Counted from the first letter of the stretch, positions 19,379 to 30,139 are shown. The stretch is 64,000 bases of DNA from Nitrosopumilus sp. (GCA_965249555.1 OZ252243.1:320001-384000); one strand, 5' to 3'. A program made the numbers and translations. The notes: a model not told the origin generated them from the letters alone.

Positions 19379-19636
19379 ATGTCAAAACAATGTGAACACT
19401 TTTCTCAAGAAAAAAAAGGAATTTCTCCAAACACAAAGAGTTGTGAAGAGTGTGAAAAAGAACATCTGCCAGTAGTTGCCATTAGAATGTGTTTAACATG
19501 TGGACATGTTGGTTGCTGTGATTCATCAATTGGAAAACATGCGACAAAGCACTTTCAAGAAACTGGACATTCAGTGATGAAAGCAATTCCAGGGGATATT
19601 TGGAGGTGGTGCTATCTTCATGAAGAGTATTATTGA
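19379..19636 (+). CDS. UBP-type zinc finger protein
   Basis: CLTCGHVGCCDSS..HATKHF..TGH. Confidence 0.9.
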   Translation: MSKQCEHFSQEKKGISPNTKSCEECEKEHLPVVAIRMCLTCGHVGCCDSSIGKHATKHFQETGHSVMKAIPGDIWRWCYLHEEYY

Positions 19637-19718
19637 GTTTGAGACAAACAGGTAAAATAATTTTTGAGCAAGATGATAATTGTACTATGGTTATCCAAAA
19701 TTTTAGGCCTAAAATTTA

Positions 19719-20054
19719 ATGAGTCATAATGTATTACAGAGTCACTTTAACCAGATAATGATATTATTGAATATGAGTTCGGAGTATTTCGATGAGGAAG
19801 GTCTGCTTAAAGTCGTCAAATCCTTTGAATTATCTGAGGCAATAACAAAGCTAAATTGGAATTGGAACAACTATGCAAATCCCATCAAAGAAGCACATAT
19901 ACTAATTTCCACTAGTCAAAAACTTTTGGTTGAAATTTCAGAGTATGATCAAAGATTAGGATCAGAACTTAGTGAGGATCAAAAAAAGAAAATTAATGAT
20001 TCAGTAGAAGAGTTAGGAAAACTAATTTCATATGTTAAAAATAAAACCTACTGA
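19719..20054 (+). CDS. Hypothetical protein
   Basis: 111-aa ORF; real start may be the internal MSSEY. Confidence 0.55.
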   Translation: MSHNVLQSHFNQIMILLNMSSEYFDEEGLLKVVKSFELSEAITKLNWNWNNYANPIKEAHILISTSQKLLVEISEYDQRLGSELSEDQKKKINDSVEELGKLISYVKNKTY

Positions 20055-20205
20055 AAGTTTAGAGATAATGAATTAAACTGAAAACTCTTTAGTTTGATCT
20101 TGGTAATTTATACAAAATTAATCTTCTTATTCAATTAATTTCGTAGGTAATAGTAATTTTTTGGAAGGTATTGATTTTTTAATAGTTACAAAATGATATT
20201 ATCAA

Positions 20206-21978
20206 ATGGTAGAATATCAGCTTGGAGGATGGGATTTATCAGAACTTGCAAAGAATCCAAAGAGCCAAGCATTTCAAAAACAAATTAAAGAATTAGAGAA
20301 TCAGGCAAAAAAGTTTGAAAAAATAAAATTAAAACTAGATCCCAAAATGTCCTCAAAAAAATTTATGAGTATTCTACAGGATGTTGAAAAAATTTCTGAA
20401 AAGATGAGCAAGATTGGAGGATATGCATCATTATCATATTCTTCAGATACTCAATCAGATGAAGCAACATCCCTAATGACAAAGATGTCAAAATTAGGTT
20501 CTGAGATTTCTAACAGGATTTTATTTTTTGATTTATGGTGGAAAACACAAGTAGACGAGAAGAATGCAAAGAGACTCATCAAAGATGCAGGAGAACTCGC
20601 AGAATATTTGTCACACAAGAGACTATTTGCAAAATATGCTCTTAGTGAACCTGAAGAGAGAATCATCAACACATTAGATGTTACAGGCATATCTGCACTT
20701 GTAAAACTGTATGACAAGATAACTAATGCCTATGAATACAAAATGAAAATAGGAAGCAAAACAAAAAAGATGACAAGGGAGGAACTCACAAACTATGTAC
20801 GAAGTACAAGTCCAAAGATTCGCGAGACTGCCTACAAAACCATTCTAACAAAATATACGGAAAACAAAGGAGTGATAGGCGAGATATATCAGAACATTGT
20901 TCTTAATTGGAAAGATGAGGGCATCGAAATAAGAGGATATGATTCTCCAATATCAATGAGAAACATTGGAAACAATGTGGATGACAAAACCATAGAATCT
21001 CTTCTTTCAGTTTGTAGGAAAAATTCTCCTATTTTTCAAAAGTTCTTTGTTCAAAAAGCAAAGATGTTGAAAATTAAAAAGCTGCGAAGATACGATGTAT
21101 ACGCCCCAGCAGCAGCCAATATCAAGGAAAAAAATTATACATACAGCAAATCAGTAAAACTAGTCTTTGAGTCACTTGGAAAGTTTAGTGAAACATTAGA
21201 AGAATTTGCAAGAAAAGTTTTCAATGAAAACCATATTGATTCATCTGTAAGACAAGGAAAAAGAGATGGGGCATTTTGCAGTACTCTTACACCAAAAATT
21301 ACACCATATGTACTGGTAAATTTTACAGGCAAATCAAGAGATGTTTTTACTTTAGCACATGAATTAGGTCATGCAGTACACAGCCAAGCAGCACAAGATA
21401 GATCAATTTTGGTTCAAGATGCCCCACTGCCTCTAGCAGAGACAGCGTCTACTTTCTCAGAGTTGCTATTGTACGATAATCTATCTGACAAAATTTCTGA
21501 TGATGAAAAGAAGATTGTGTTATCAGAAAAAATTGATGATTTGTATGCAACAATTCTAAGGCAATCATTTTTTACAATCTTTGAAGTTGATGCTCACAAG
21601 CAAATTGGAGAAGGAACCACAGTAAATGAAATTTCAAAGACATATCTGCAAAATCTAAAAGAACAATTTGGAAATTCGGTGAGTCTTTCTGAAGATTTTG
21701 CAATAGAGTGGAGTTGTATCCCACACTTTTACCATACACCATTTTACTGCTATGCATACTCTTTTGGAAACTTGCTTGCGTTGTCTCTATTTCAGAGATA
21801 CAAAAAAGAAGGCAAAGACTTTGTTTCATCATACATTAACATTCTTGCAGCAGGCGGTGCCAAAAAACCAGAAAAACTTCTCTCAGAATATGGATTTGAT
21901 ATCAGATCTCCAAAGTTTTGGCAAGAAGGTTTTGATTATGTGAATGAGCAAGTAAAAGCACTATCATCATTGAACTAG
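20206..21978 (+). CDS. pepF: M3B oligoendopeptidase F
   Basis: GKRDGAFC, TLAHELGH, AETAS, HFY..FYCYAY. Confidence 0.92.
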   Translation: MVEYQLGGWDLSELAKNPKSQAFQKQIKELENQAKKFEKIKLKLDPKMSSKKFMSILQDVEKISEKMSKIGGYASLSYSSDTQSDEATSLMTKMSKLGSEISNRILFFDLWWKTQVDEKNAKRLIKDAGELAEYLSHKRLFAKYALSEPEERIINTLDVTGISALVKLYDKITNAYEYKMKIGSKTKKMTREELTNYVRSTSPKIRETAYKTILTKYTENKGVIGEIYQNIVLNWKDEGIEIRGYDSPISMRNIGNNVDDKTIESLLSVCRKNSPIFQKFFVQKAKMLKIKKLRRYDVYAPAAANIKEKNYTYSKSVKLVFESLGKFSETLEEFARKVFNENHIDSSVRQGKRDGAFCSTLTPKITPYVLVNFTGKSRDVFTLAHELGHAVHSQAAQDRSILVQDAPLPLAETASTFSELLLYDNLSDKISDDEKKIVLSEKIDDLYATILRQSFFTIFEVDAHKQIGEGTTVNEISKTYLQNLKEQFGNSVSLSEDFAIEWSCIPHFYHTPFYCYAYSFGNLLALSLFQRYKKEGKDFVSSYINILAAGGAKKPEKLLSEYGFDIRSPKFWQEGFDYVNEQVKALSSLN

Positions 21979-22060
21979 ACTTTATGATAAATGGGGCTGA
22001 CAGTCCAACGCATGGACTGCCAGCTTGTTCCCCGAACGGTTTGAATTCGATGTCAAAGTC
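21978..22060. ncRNA. Candidate GC-rich structured RNA between convergent genes
   Basis: GCTGACAGTCCA-ACGCA-TGGACTGCCAGC hairpin nested in GACTTT/AAAGTC outer stem; TTTAAA box at ~22079-22084 fits a minus-strand start. Confidence 0.4.
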
Positions 22061-22093
22061 CAAACAATGACAATCCGATTTAAACGTTTGAAA

Positions 22094-22666
22094 TTATTTT
22101 AGGTCTATTTTTTTTGGTTTAATTTTTCTGATTGTACCAGCTAGAATACCAATGGTGATTCCTAACTGATAAAGAAAATACAAAAGCACCTCAAATGTGC
22201 TAGGAGTAAGATCCGTAAATCTACTTAGACCAGTTAGTAATAGTATGAGAACGCTGAAAAAGATAACAAATGCTTTTGCTATTCCATGAATGTCCGTATA
22301 TTTCAAAAGGACAAAAGTCATCACAGTGACAGAAATAGCCAGTACAGTTAGAAACCCAGTATTCATTCCAAAAATCAAAAAGACTGAAGAGATGACTTCA
22401 CCTGTACTTTCTGCAGATACACTAGAGAGATCAATTTTCTCAGAAGAAGCAAAACGTGGAACACTCAAAATGGCATTTACCAAAAATACGATAAACAAAG
22501 AAATGGATACTGTCTTTACATGATTTTGAAGACGGGGAAATCGCACAAGAATAGCTCGCCCTAAAATAATTCCTTGAAATATACCAATGCAAAAAGCACT
22601 CAAAACTGCAATTAATTGAATTATTGGATCTTGAAAAACTTCAACAAGAAATGGGATTAGAGCCAT
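22094..22666 (-). CDS. Multi-pass membrane protein
   Basis: About five hydrophobic helices. Confidence 0.75.
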   Translation of the reverse strand: MALIPFLVEVFQDPIIQLIAVLSAFCIGIFQGIILGRAILVRFPRLQNHVKTVSISLFIVFLVNAILSVPRFASSEKIDLSSVSAESTGEVISSVFLIFGMNTGFLTVLAISVTVMTFVLLKYTDIHGIAKAFVIFFSVLILLLTGLSRFTDLTPSTFEVLLYFLYQLGITIGILAGTIRKIKPKKIDLK

Positions 22667-22814
22667 TACTAGCTAGGTTTGATACAAGTGGCAATATTAG
22701 CTAGTGGATAATGTATTTTCGTAAAAAAAACAAAAAAAGTTCATCTAATCACAGTGTTTTACGATGTACAAAATAAGAATAAATTTAATAATTTCATTTC
22801 TAGAGTAGCAACCT

Positions 22815-23957
22815 ATGCAAAAAAAGATATTTTTCTTAACATTAATTGTGTTAGCTGGAATTTCAACAAATTATGCCTATTCACAAGAAGTGGGTCTTGC
22901 AACTTTTCAGGAAACTGCACAAATAATCATAGACAAAAGCATATCTCAAAATGTTACAGCATCAATTACATTACAAAGTACTAGCATTCAAGAAATTAAA
23001 ATTCCTACAGAATTAGAGCAAAAAATCAGAGAAGACGAAAGGGTAAAGGCCATAATTTTGACTAACCAAGAGCAATGCGTTCTAGGAGTAGTAAACCAGT
23101 CATGTATTATGATAAATGTAGAAAGAAATCCTGAAGATAAGGGCATTATTGCTATTCAAGATTCTTCAAAGGAGCTTGCAGAATTGTATATTGATGAAAT
23201 TAACCAAGCATTTGATACAGATGCCAAATTCTGGGCAGTTTACCTCCATACTGGTGATGAAACAAACAAAGCTCTTGAAACTTCAGGAGTAGTTTCAGGT
23301 AGAGGTATAGTTTCAGTAGTTTACACAATGCCTATGGAAGACACTAACTCAATGTATGAAAAGATTTCAGCAATGCTTGTTCCCAAAATAATTAGAGATG
23401 GGGGGGGATTCTATGATGTTGCAAAGGATTTGTCGTTTGATAAAAGAGCAAAAATGACATTTTCATTGATTCCATTAGATTCAAAATCACTCTTACAGCT
23501 AAAATTATCAGTAGATTACCCAAACAAAGCCTCAACAATTTCAGATATTAGTCCATTAGAGTTTCTTAAAATTGAGAATCTCAAAAGATCAGATTACTTT
23601 TCAACAGGATTTTATCCTTTGAATTCCATAATTCAAGTAGTAGTTTTATCACCTGAAAATACAAATGTTTCAGATGTCAAAGGAAACATCATCCCAACAC
23701 AAATCATCGATAATGAAGAGATCCCCACAGACATTACAAAAGAAGGATGGATTTTTGATCCTGACGAAGGGCAGAGAATTCAAGGCAAATACATTTTTGG
23801 TGAAAAAACATCAGTAAACAAAGAAGGCCTGAAATTTTCACTTGGAGGAACACAACTTCAAAGCACGGAATTTGATGAATCAATTATTGTGGTAATTATA
23901 ATCACAATAGTTGCAATTGCTGCTGCAATGTATTATCTTAAAGGGTATAAAAAATAA
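22815..23957 (+). CDS. Exported membrane-anchored hypothetical protein
   Basis: Signal peptide (YAYS) and C-terminal TM anchor with basic tail. Confidence 0.8.
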   Translation: MQKKIFFLTLIVLAGISTNYAYSQEVGLATFQETAQIIIDKSISQNVTASITLQSTSIQEIKIPTELEQKIREDERVKAIILTNQEQCVLGVVNQSCIMINVERNPEDKGIIAIQDSSKELAELYIDEINQAFDTDAKFWAVYLHTGDETNKALETSGVVSGRGIVSVVYTMPMEDTNSMYEKISAMLVPKIIRDGGGFYDVAKDLSFDKRAKMTFSLIPLDSKSLLQLKLSVDYPNKASTISDISPLEFLKIENLKRSDYFSTGFYPLNSIIQVVVLSPENTNVSDVKGNIIPTQIIDNEEIPTDITKEGWIFDPDEGQRIQGKYIFGEKTSVNKEGLKFSLGGTQLQSTEFDESIIVVIIITIVAIAAAMYYLKGYKK

Positions 23958-24509
23958 TTACAATATGAGTACTGCTGCTGCAAATACAGTTGTCCATTTA
24001 CCATCCTTGTCACCTTTTGTTGATTGAGTAATGTTTTGGGTTTTGTAAATTTCGCCTGAAATAGACCACTGTTGTCTTTTTTCATTCCAGGCTTTGTCAA
24101 CATCAAATGGAATCCCCAAAGAGGATGCCAGCATTTGTGCTGCAATATCTTCAGCATAGTCCCCTGCTTGAATTTCATTTTGACCAAAAGACTCGTATTC
24201 AGAGAGATAACCATATCTGCTCTTATCTTTTGGTTGTGCAATACCTACTGATGCAGCACACATTCTATGCGGTTCATTGGTTTGATTTTTTGAATAAATT
24301 GTAAACATTATCTGGCCTGGTTTGATTAGTTTTAGACCTTCCTTTCTAGAGATTAATTTAGCATTGGGTGGAAAGATACTTGAAATCAATACAATATTTG
24401 TTCCCGCCACTCCAGCATCTCTTAGAGCATATTCAAAACTCGTCAACTTATCTTCATGAACACCTTTACCTTTGGTAAGAAACAATTTCTTGGATACTAG
24501 ATCTAACAT
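23958..24509 (-). CDS. pdaD: Pyruvoyl-dependent arginine decarboxylase
   Basis: SFEYALRDAG..NIVLISSIFPP self-cleavage site; YGYLSE. Confidence 0.92.
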   Translation of the reverse strand: MLDLVSKKLFLTKGKGVHEDKLTSFEYALRDAGVAGTNIVLISSIFPPNAKLISRKEGLKLIKPGQIMFTIYSKNQTNEPHRMCAASVGIAQPKDKSRYGYLSEYESFGQNEIQAGDYAEDIAAQMLASSLGIPFDVDKAWNEKRQQWSISGEIYKTQNITQSTKGDKDGKWTTVFAAAVLIL

Positions 24510-24667
24510 TTCTGAATTGATGAAAGAGAGTTATTATTTATACTTTAGTTGAGAGAAATATTTTTCATAATTGATTTAAAAAATTTACAATATCATAACT
24601 TGTTCAAATACGTTTATGACAAAAAAGGAATCAGATATTCGCATACAAAGTATTTGAAACAAATGTT

Positions 24668-24913
24668 CTAGTCGTGTTTCTTTTTTTTCTTTCTTTTATC
24701 AGGATCCTTACGTGTCTGGGTTAAAAAGGTAAATGTGAAAAATGCAGCCAATCCAATATTGACTACGCCCATGAAAGTAAGAATCAGGGTCATTGAGGGA
24801 GGAGCAAATTGTAGCCCCATAATCAAACCCATTATGCCTGTTCCAAGAAACATCATCATCAAAACCTTTAGCCTATTTGGCTCGATGTACCTTATTCTCA
24901 TCAAAGGTATCAA
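24668..24913 (-). CDS. Small two-TM membrane protein
   Basis: Two hydrophobic helices and lysine-rich tail. Confidence 0.7.
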   Translation of the reverse strand: MIPLMRIRYIEPNRLKVLMMMFLGTGIMGLIMGLQFAPPSMTLILTFMGVVNIGLAAFFTFTFLTQTRKDPDKRKKKKKHD

Positions 24914-25021
24914 AATTGGGATTATTATAAACTGACGGTTAATTCAAACATACGAGATCAAGTGAATATCTTTTAGATTCTTGGTAACATTTTAAACCTG
25001 AAAAATTTCATTTTACTTTGT

Positions 25022-25096
25022 GCCAATGTAGCTCAGCCTGGTTAGAGCAGCTGATTTGTAATCAGCAGGTCGTGGGTTCGGATCCCGTCATTGGCT
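25022..25096 (+). tRNA. tRNA-Thr(TGT)
   Basis: GCCAATG/CATTGGC acceptor; GCTGA-TTTGTAA-TCAGC anticodon arm; TTCGGAT T loop. Confidence 0.95.
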
Positions 25097-25160
25097 TTTA
25101 AATTTCTCAAAAATGAAGAATAATTCTAAAATTTGGCAATACGAATAAGTATGCTAAGAT

Positions 25161-25979
25161 TTGGAACAAATTCAAATGAGTTCTGATGATTTTGAATTGA
25201 ATCAAAATAATGAAAAAATATCTGTAAAAAAATCAACATTTCGTGGATTAATCATAGGAGTAATTATAGCAGTAGGAGTTGCAGCATTTTTTGCAGGCGC
25301 ATACACATCAAATCTAAATTCTAACCAAATTTCTGAAGAAGATCTTCAAGATGCAATTGCCAAATTAGAACTCAAGGTATTGCAAAATCAATTACCTACT
25401 AGCCAACCAAACCTTCCAATAAAAATTTCAGCAGATGATGACCCAATGATTGGAAACCCAGATGCACCAATTACAATAATTGAGTTTACAGATTTTCAAT
25501 GTCCGTTTTGTGCAAGATTCCATACTCAAACACTCCCATTAATTATTGAGGAATACATAGAACCAGGTAAAGTGAAACTAGTAGTCAGAGATTTCCCAAT
25601 TCAGAGTATTCATCCAAATGCAGTACCTGCATCTGTTGCATCAGAGTGTGCAAATGAGCAAGGTAAAGCCAAAGAAATGCATGACATGTTGTTTTACAAC
25701 CAAAATGAATGGAGCAGACAAGAAACTGCGGATGCGTTATCTTTGTTTAGTCAATATGCTACAGAAATCCAATTAGAGCAAGAGACATTTGATTCCTGTC
25801 TCATCAATGGCAAGTATATTGACGAAATCAAAAAAGATCTTGACGATGGACGAGAATATGGAGTTTCAGGAACACCAGGATTCTTTGTAGGAAATGATCA
25901 AATAGGATATGTAGAGTTGAAAGGGGCTCAGCCATTTGATAGTTTCAAAAAAGTTATTGATGCTCAACTAGATGCGTAA
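25161..25979 (+). CDS. DsbA-family oxidoreductase, membrane-anchored
   Basis: EFTDFQCPFC, GVSGTPGF. Confidence 0.92.
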   Translation: MEQIQMSSDDFELNQNNEKISVKKSTFRGLIIGVIIAVGVAAFFAGAYTSNLNSNQISEEDLQDAIAKLELKVLQNQLPTSQPNLPIKISADDDPMIGNPDAPITIIEFTDFQCPFCARFHTQTLPLIIEEYIEPGKVKLVVRDFPIQSIHPNAVPASVASECANEQGKAKEMHDMLFYNQNEWSRQETADALSLFSQYATEIQLEQETFDSCLINGKYIDEIKKDLDDGREYGVSGTPGFFVGNDQIGYVELKGAQPFDSFKKVIDAQLDA

Positions 25980-26083
25980 AAATAACAAGCGTTTATTAGA
26001 CCTAAATCAAGAGTCGCAAATATCGGAATAACGACGAGTGAGCAATGAGCTTTTTCGTTGTTGCTTAAGAGAAGAAAACAAAA

Positions 26084-27400
26084 ATGACAGAATTTAAAGA
26101 ATTAGGATTAAACGAGGACATACTGAAAGGAATTAATGATCTTGGGTATAAAGAAGCATTTCCAATACAAGAGGCAGCAATTCCAGTATTACTTTCAGGA
26201 AGAGATGTCGTAGGACAAGCTCATACAGGTTCTGGTAAGACTGCAGCTTTTGCATTAGCAATGCTACAAAAAATTCAACCAAAAAATGGAATTCAAGGAT
26301 TGATCATGGCCCCTACAAGAGAGTTGGCAATGCAGATTTCAGAGGAAATAAAGAAATTTGGAAAATATACCAAAATCAGAGTAGCAACAGTTTATGGAGG
26401 ACAAGGAATGGGAATCCAGCTAGACGCTCTTGATAGAGGAGTAGAGATTGTCGTAGCAACACCAGGTAGACTAATAGATCATCTCAAAAGAGGTACAATA
26501 GAACTAAGGGACATTACCCACATCGTTCTGGATGAAGCAGATACAATGTTAGACATGGGATTCATTGACGATATTCAATTTATTTTAGATTTAGCACCAG
26601 AAGAGAGAGTAATGTCATTGTATTCAGCAACAATGCCAACTGAGATTCTAAGACTCTCTGAGGAGTATCTGAATAATCCAAAACAGTTTCTATTAGATGC
26701 AGATGATCTGAGTGGGGAAGGAATAGATCAATCATATTTAGTGATTAAAGACCGAGACAAATTCAAGTATCTAATTGATTTTATCAAACCAGTAAGACAC
26801 CAAGCCATTGTATTTTGTTCAACAAAATACAGAACTAGGGATGTTGCAAAGTTCCTTCATCAAGAGAAATTCAATGCAGTAGCAATAGAAGGCGACATGT
26901 CACAGCACAGAAGAGAGCAAGCAATGGGAAAATTCCGAAGTGGAAAAGCTGACATCCTTGTAGCAACAGATGTAGCCTCAAGAGGCATAGATGTGCCAAG
27001 AGTAGAACTAGTGATTAATTATGATGTTCCAAATCAAGAACTAGTATACTTTCATAGAATTGGAAGAACAGCTAGAGCAGGTGCAAAAGGTAAAGCAATA
27101 ACATTTGTGTCATATTCATCTGTTGGAGATTGGAATCTTATCAAACGTCAAATCAAAGTTCCACTCGAAGATTTGAATCAAAAAATGGGAATTCAAATTT
27201 CAATTCCAGATCCTCTAAAAAGACAAATGCCATCAAGAAGATATGGAGGTCAATCAAGGTCTAACTATTCCAAAGGAGGACGTTCTGGAGGATATGGAAG
27301 AACAGACAGAGGCCGAGATTCAAGAGATGATAGAGGCGGTAGAAAAAGATTCAACGACAAAGGCGGTAAAAATAGTTACGGCGGTCGTAGTAGATGGTAG
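26084..27400 (+). CDS. DEAD-box RNA helicase
   Basis: TGSGKT, PTRELA, DEAD, SAT, HRIGRTAR; RGG-rich tail. Confidence 0.96.
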   Translation: MTEFKELGLNEDILKGINDLGYKEAFPIQEAAIPVLLSGRDVVGQAHTGSGKTAAFALAMLQKIQPKNGIQGLIMAPTRELAMQISEEIKKFGKYTKIRVATVYGGQGMGIQLDALDRGVEIVVATPGRLIDHLKRGTIELRDITHIVLDEADTMLDMGFIDDIQFILDLAPEERVMSLYSATMPTEILRLSEEYLNNPKQFLLDADDLSGEGIDQSYLVIKDRDKFKYLIDFIKPVRHQAIVFCSTKYRTRDVAKFLHQEKFNAVAIEGDMSQHRREQAMGKFRSGKADILVATDVASRGIDVPRVELVINYDVPNQELVYFHRIGRTARAGAKGKAITFVSYSSVGDWNLIKRQIKVPLEDLNQKMGIQISIPDPLKRQMPSRRYGGQSRSNYSKGGRSGGYGRTDRGRDSRDDRGGRKRFNDKGGKNSYGGRSRW

Positions 27401-27451
27401 TAATTGTAAAACTTAAAGGCTTGAACTGCGTAATTGTTGTAAGATAAGGTA

Positions 27452-27685
27452 ATGATCAAAGGATTCATTTTATTAAATTGTGATCTGGGTGCTGAAGAAT
27501 ACATTGTAGATAAATTAAAACAGATGCAAGAAGTTAGAAATGCATATCTTACTTTTGGAGCATATGATGTAATTGCAGAAATCCAAACAGAAAGTCAAGA
27601 AGAATTTGAAAAAGCAATTGCAACAATTAGAAAACTCTCCAGAGTGGTTAGTACAATGACACTAAATGTGATTGTGCCCGAATAA
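27452..27685 (+). CDS. Lrp/AsnC ligand-binding domain protein
   Basis: TFGAYDVIAEI..IRKL..V.STMT. Confidence 0.88.
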   Translation: MIKGFILLNCDLGAEEYIVDKLKQMQEVRNAYLTFGAYDVIAEIQTESQEEFEKAIATIRKLSRVVSTMTLNVIVPE

Positions 27686-28020
27686 TTGTTTAGGGCGTGA
27701 TTTTTGCATAAATTAGTTTCAGACAGTAGCCAAGTTTGTTCCTAGTTTTCAGTTTTTCGTCTTCTACTTGAACGTAATCTGGTGTTACATTGGTCAAAAC
27801 TAGGCAGATTCTAAACTGATGGCCAATCCAGTACCAGTATTATTATCGGGCTATCTGATACAATGTGCTTGATTTCAAGAAATTGTCTTTTACTGTAACT
27901 TGCACTAAATAATCTGCAGCCAGCCCCCATCATCCTTGTATCAAAAGTTACCTAATGTCAGTAATGAATCTAGTTTTATTATGTTAGATTAGTTAATAAT
28001 AGTTGCAAAATTATTCATGC

Positions 28021-28302
28021 CTATTTTTTTGACAAAGTTGGAATTACATTACGTAGAACAAAGATCCCAGGAATTAAAAACATCAAAACAGCTACAACTT
28101 GTATCCACAAAACCTTATGAATTGCCATATCTAAAGCAATTTCTCTAAACAAACCAAATGTAGCAAGTATCATAATTACTAATGGATATGCAGACCAAAT
28201 AACACCACCAAATAAAATAATCACTAAAATTATTTTAAATATTTTTAAAAATAAAAAGAGAGAGGGATTAGTTTGCATAGTGCCAAGCAATGACATATCC
28301 AT
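28021..28302 (-). CDS. Small membrane protein, cassette 1 partner (putative immunity)
   Basis: Hydrophobic ORF directly after 28268-29032; start codon uncertain. Confidence 0.6.
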   Translation of the reverse strand: MDMSLLGTMQTNPSLFLFLKIFKIILVIILFGGVIWSAYPLVIMILATFGLFREIALDMAIHKVLWIQVVAVLMFLIPGIFVLRNVIPTLSKK

Positions 28303-29032
28303 CCCACCACCAAACAGGTGCAGTATATTCCAGAATTTCAGGATTTGGTTCAGGACCTTGGGAATTAAATGAATTGTAAGTTTGGACTATCCCTTGCATT
28401 CTCATTTCACCACGATAACAACCATACGCATTTACTTCTTTGGCATAATCATTTCCATAATTCCCACTGGCATAAATAGGAACTTGATGATATCCATCAC
28501 CTAGTAGATAATCTACAGCACTACCAATTGTATATAATAAATATACTTGAGGTGCAGGTAATGGATTCCAAGGAGCGCCACCACAAACTTCACCCCATGC
28601 AAAGGCTTCAGGTAATATCCAATCAAAACCAATAATATCATTTATTAATTCTTTAGATTTTGTTTTTTTATCTTGAATATCTTTAGTGAATTCTGAGAAC
28701 TTTTCAGTTAACTCATCACTAACGACTGGTTTTTCATCGGGGTTGTTTTGTGCTTGACTACGGAAAGAGTTTTGCATTTCAATGTAATCAGAAGCAATTT
28801 GTATTGTTTCTAGATCTAATGGAATCTCACTAATGTCTTTTGTGAATTGTACTAAACCATTTTCATCTAAGATCACATATGGTGTAATTGCTTTAATTGT
28901 ATCTGATACTTGTGTTGGTGAATATCTTTGAGTTTCTGCATCACCTTGTGCTGCATTCATACCAGAGAATGGTAGAACCATTGCAACAATGAGTGATGCA
29001 AACAGTGTTGTTTTTGCGTTCTTATACGTCAT
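28268..29032 (-). CDS. Secreted prepro-protein, cassette 1
   Basis: Signal MTYKNAKTTLFASLIVAMVLPFS; helical middle; WILPEAFA; Cys/Trp/Tyr-rich C-terminal domain. Confidence 0.85.
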   Translation of the reverse strand: MTYKNAKTTLFASLIVAMVLPFSGMNAAQGDAETQRYSPTQVSDTIKAITPYVILDENGLVQFTKDISEIPLDLETIQIASDYIEMQNSFRSQAQNNPDEKPVVSDELTEKFSEFTKDIQDKKTKSKELINDIIGFDWILPEAFAWGEVCGGAPWNPLPAPQVYLLYTIGSAVDYLLGDGYHQVPIYASGNYGNDYAKEVNAYGCYRGEMRMQGIVQTYNSFNSQGPEPNPEILEYTAPVWWWDGYVIAWHYAN

Positions 29033-29247
29033 TGTACTATATACAACACCTTGTTATAATACAATTGATAATGACTTGCGGTATGCCTTAAAATAATAAA
29101 CAAGTTTATGGCAATTTACTATCTTACAAAGTATACGTAATGCCTGCAGCCCACAAATTGTACGGTTATACCAATAAAACAAAATCAAAGCACCAAAAAA
29201 GGTTCTATTAGATTTACGGGATCTATCCAAACTGCTGTAAACTTGAG
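28995..29247. repeat. 253-bp direct repeat copy A (promoter plus start of signal peptide)
   Basis: Matches 31185-31437 with 7 mismatches by manual comparison. Confidence 0.93.
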
Positions 29248-29336
29248 GCTCTGATCTATTCTTTGAGACAGATGATGTCTTTATTCACATTGACCTAAAG
29301 ACCGTCCAAACAAGAAATATTGGCGACTACAAGTGA

Positions 29337-29720
29337 ATGATAGTCAAGACAGGCAAAGCAAAAAATGAGGAATATGCGGATGTATTGCCTGTAGAATATC
29401 AAAACGAGGGAAATCCAAAACCATGCCTGACATATTTTGTTACCATTCTTTATGATGAGGGTAATTTGGATATTCTAAACATCAACTTGTTGTGTATGCC
29501 TAACGGTTCTCTTAGTTCTGTTTATGGCTCTAGACCACTACAGGCAGGAAAGAATCCAGGTAAAATCAGATTTAACATAAAGGATGCAGGCACTTTTGAG
29601 TTGTTAGATAAAAAACCAAAAAGAATTAAAGTTGTATATTTCAATGAAAAAATGAATGATGAATGCAAGAAACAACTTTGCTATATCAAATCAGTTTATG
29701 ATAAACAGCCTAAACTTTAA
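29337..29720 (+). CDS. Hypothetical protein
   Basis: 127-aa ORF; no motif recognised. Confidence 0.55.
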   Translation: MIVKTGKAKNEEYADVLPVEYQNEGNPKPCLTYFVTILYDEGNLDILNINLLCMPNGSLSSVYGSRPLQAGKNPGKIRFNIKDAGTFELLDKKPKRIKVVYFNEKMNDECKKQLCYIKSVYDKQPKL

Positions 29721-29825
29721 CACCTCCAGACACTTTCCAGTTCTGAATGAATCTTTAGAAGATCAGGTCTCTATAACTTCACAGAGCCGAAATACATTAG
29801 GTATTTCTAACCTCTTTTTTTTATT

Positions 29826-30137
29826 TTGACATTAAGGAAGATTTTATTATATGTTGGATTGCCTGTATGTGGAATTTTATCACATCTTTATTTCTCATTA
29901 TTACTTTCAATATTCAACATTGAATTTGATGACATTAAAATATTAATCATGTTTCAACCAAGTTATCTAATTATAGTAAATACACTTCCATATTTTGCAT
30001 ATGAAAAAGATTTGTTACAATATCAGTGGTTTATGCTTCCATTTTTAATTATAATTTCAAATATAATACAATGGCTTCCAATTGCATATATTATCAATAA
30101 AGTGTGGTTAAAACGAAAATATATTAACAAATCTTAA
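29826..30137 (+). CDS. Small membrane protein, full-length cassette 2 partner in inverted orientation
   Basis: 103 aa, about three hydrophobic segments; preceded by the last codons of gene 30341-31222. Confidence 0.7.
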   Translation: MTLRKILLYVGLPVCGILSHLYFSLLLSIFNIEFDDIKILIMFQPSYLIIVNTLPYFAYEKDLLQYQWFMLPFLIIISNIIQWLPIAYIINKVWLKRKYINKS

Positions 30138-30139
30138 AA

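Noticed and set aside
25022-25096. tRNA-Thr as integration site for the 27.7-38.2 kb island
   Set aside because: No repeat of its 3' end was spotted downstream, and housekeeping genes follow it directly
27700-27960. Possible adhesin remnant (DDGG..ADYLVQVTVKD on minus strand)
   Set aside because: Too short and broken to support a call
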